Of a DNA stretch of 38,951 nucleotides, positions 36,781-38,951 are shown piece by piece; the stretch's first letter is position 1, and each line of letters opens with the position of its first letter. The notes beneath the pieces are model-generated. The model was not told where the DNA came from, did no database searches, and saw nothing but the letters and a program-made list of their open reading frames with translations. The stretch is from the NCBI RefSeq assembly GCF_001194135.2, contig NC_068987.1, forward strand, positions 37,702,271-37,741,221, written 5' to 3'. The position numbers and the translations under genes were made by a program. Source of the stretch: Octopus bimaculoides (Eukaryota).

Positions 36781-37019
36781 ATTTTTTTTCAAGCTGAACC
36801 CGGAACCCTGTGGCTGGGAAGCAAGCTTCTTACAACAAAGACGATAATACTTTCAACCGAGTCATAAGAAGTGTATCTGTTCAAGTGCTTCACTTCCCTG
36901 TATGTACCTATACTTACTCGATTTCTGACATTTATCAATGGTCTCTTGCATTCTTTCGATGCACCAGCTTTCATCATTAATAGAACTGTCAGCATTTCTG
37001 TCGACATGGGTATGCTAGT

Positions 37020-37477
37020 CTCTATATTTATAGGATAAGGCCGAATGCGTTACACTGTCACGTGGTTAGCTGAGGGAAGAGGTCAACAGCGAGAGATAAA
37101 GAAGGAGGGAGAAGTGTTAACGACGTGTGTTAGTGTGAAAGTAATAACTATTACATAGTTAGAAAGTTATTTGAAGGGAAATAAACAGAAAAGGGAGTTA
37201 GAAATACAATGTTTAGCAGAGTATTGATGGTCTTGTGAGGAGGTTAAAGAAAGGTAGAGAGAGAAAAAGAGAGAGAGAGAAAAAGAGAGAGAGAGAGAAA
37301 GAGAGAGGTGTCAGCTATACTGAGAGTGAGAGACAGGTAAAGGGAGAGTAGTGACACTGTTTCCGCGTGATTCGCAGAAGAGGTGAAGAGAAAGAGAAAG
37401 AGAGAAATGATATGGACGTAAAGAAGGGAATGACAAAGTTGAAAAGTTTGCTGAAGTAAGAGGATGAGAGAAAAAGG

Positions 37478-37559
<82 letters not shown>

Positions 37560-37560
37560 C
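37020..37560 (-). mobile_element. Reverse fragment related to the 1791-2750 element, with (GA)n at 37485-37555
   Basis: Reverse complement contains CTAACCACGTGACAGTGTAAC (cf. CTAATCACGTGAAAGCGTTAC at 2575), GAATCACGCG and CTTTACGTCCAT (cf. CTTCACGTCAT), and ends ...ATAAAATATAGAGAC. Confidence 0.4.
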
Positions 37561-38538
37561 AGACAGACGGAAATATGAAGTGTTTATCAGAGAGGAATTT
37601 TTAAGCATCGTATATCATTGCAACTGACAAGAAAATAACATCTTAGCATTCAGTTTTCATATCTTCTATCGGTGGATCTATTTATCTATCTACATTGACA
37701 AGTACATCGATGTGTTGATGGTAGGAAGGCGGCTTATGTTAGACATAATAAACTTATAGAAAAATAGATTTTCAATGAAAATGAAATAACTTAGCAAAAT
37801 ATCCATGGATATTTTATTTTTCTATCATTTTCTTATTTGGACTTTGTATTGTCAGAGTAGATCGATACTTGAACAGCAAGAAGAGTAGATATGAAACAAG
37901 CAGGTGGACTGAAATTAAATGAAAATAATCTCGGTTGGCAAACAGCTTCCACTGGGCTTTATTACTGAAAACTATAGTGATAAGGACGAATATAGTGGTG
38001 GTGGTGCTGTCAGTGAGGGATAGATTGTAAAAAGTGTTTTTTTTTTTATTGAACTAATTTTTTTTATATCGCTTATCACTTAATGCACGCCCATAAGAGT
38101 CTTCTTGCTTAAAAATTGATATTTGTTTATAAAATATAGATGACAGACGATTTAAGCTAACAAGAGAAAGAATGAGTCGGTATAGAACAAGTATGGTATC
38201 AGCAGCGTAGAAGGGAAAATATGAATCAAACAGAATACAGTGGGTATTTACAACAGATAAGAGAACATGTTCAAGATAGAACAGAAAATCAGAATGAGAG
38301 AGAACGTCGGAAGAACTGTAAACACATGGTTAAAAGTTAACACATTGCTGATATGAATATTCTTTGTAATCATTGAAAAGGCATTAGATCTGTAAAAGAA
38401 CCATTGAAATGTTGAGAGAATAATAAAGTCATGCACCTTATCCAGAAAAACTGAAAGAATGTTTTAATGAAAATAATGCAGAATATACAGTTTCAAAAGA
38501 AACACTCATTTTTTATGGTTGAATATAAACTTCTAGCC

Positions 38539-38577
38539 ATCTACAAAAATTCGCATTTACTGTAGAATTTCCACGGG

Positions 38578-38666
<89 letters not shown>
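38539..38666. repeat. (TAC)n then (TAT)n microsatellite
   Basis: Two pure triplet blocks. Confidence 0.97.
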
Positions 38667-38668
<2 letters not shown>

Positions 38669-38951
38669 GAGAGCAGTACATGCCATCAAAGTGACACTGG
38701 GGTAAAATATACGAAGCCCATTATACCCATCATGACTACCTGTCTGATAAGGGTACACCACCATATGTGTGTGACATGGTGATCTCATATCAGGATAAAC
38801 AGCGCATAATCTTGCAAGAAGGGCCCAGTTAGGATTTTCTTCGGGTCGAGTAACCGTCCTACTCTAATGGTTCTTGAATAAGGATTGTTTAGGGATGATG
38901 AACAAAACACCCTTGTTTCCTGAGGTGAATTATCCAAACCCCAAATAATTC
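38667..38951 (-). mobile_element. Retroposon (SINE/LINE 3' end) fragment, family E, with (TAA)n tail, running off the window
   Basis: AGAGAGCAGTACATGCCATCAAAGTGACACTGGGGTAAAATATACGAAGCCC... resembles an abundant octopus repeat (from memory); abuts the triplet tail. Confidence 0.6.

Overview
AT-rich, repeat-saturated eukaryotic non-coding DNA from a gapped scaffold (8 N-runs, about 2.6 kb). The SINE sequences resemble families I recall from octopus, so a cephalopod source is likely (inference). No host gene, rRNA, tRNA gene or CRISPR array is supportable. Content: decayed LINEs (Tx1/L1-like, two R4/Dong-like copies with a restriction-like endonuclease, a near-full-length RTE, a rearranged Penelope), a 3.1-kb hAT Charlie/Buster element with TIRs, TSD and nested inserts, three Tc1/mariner remnants, several MITEs, five tRNA-type SINE/retro-tail families, and many microsatellites. 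The most notable signal is an unclassified repeat at 25818-26456, present as three diverged copies whose stems are conserved with compensatory changes while loops vary, suggesting a structured, possibly ribozyme-like RNA. Also notable: a telomere-repeat MITE pair, a palindromic 124-bp MITE, a Penelope inversion with twin-priming geometry, and an exact 100-bp duplication. I cannot show that any of this is a new biological system without database searches.
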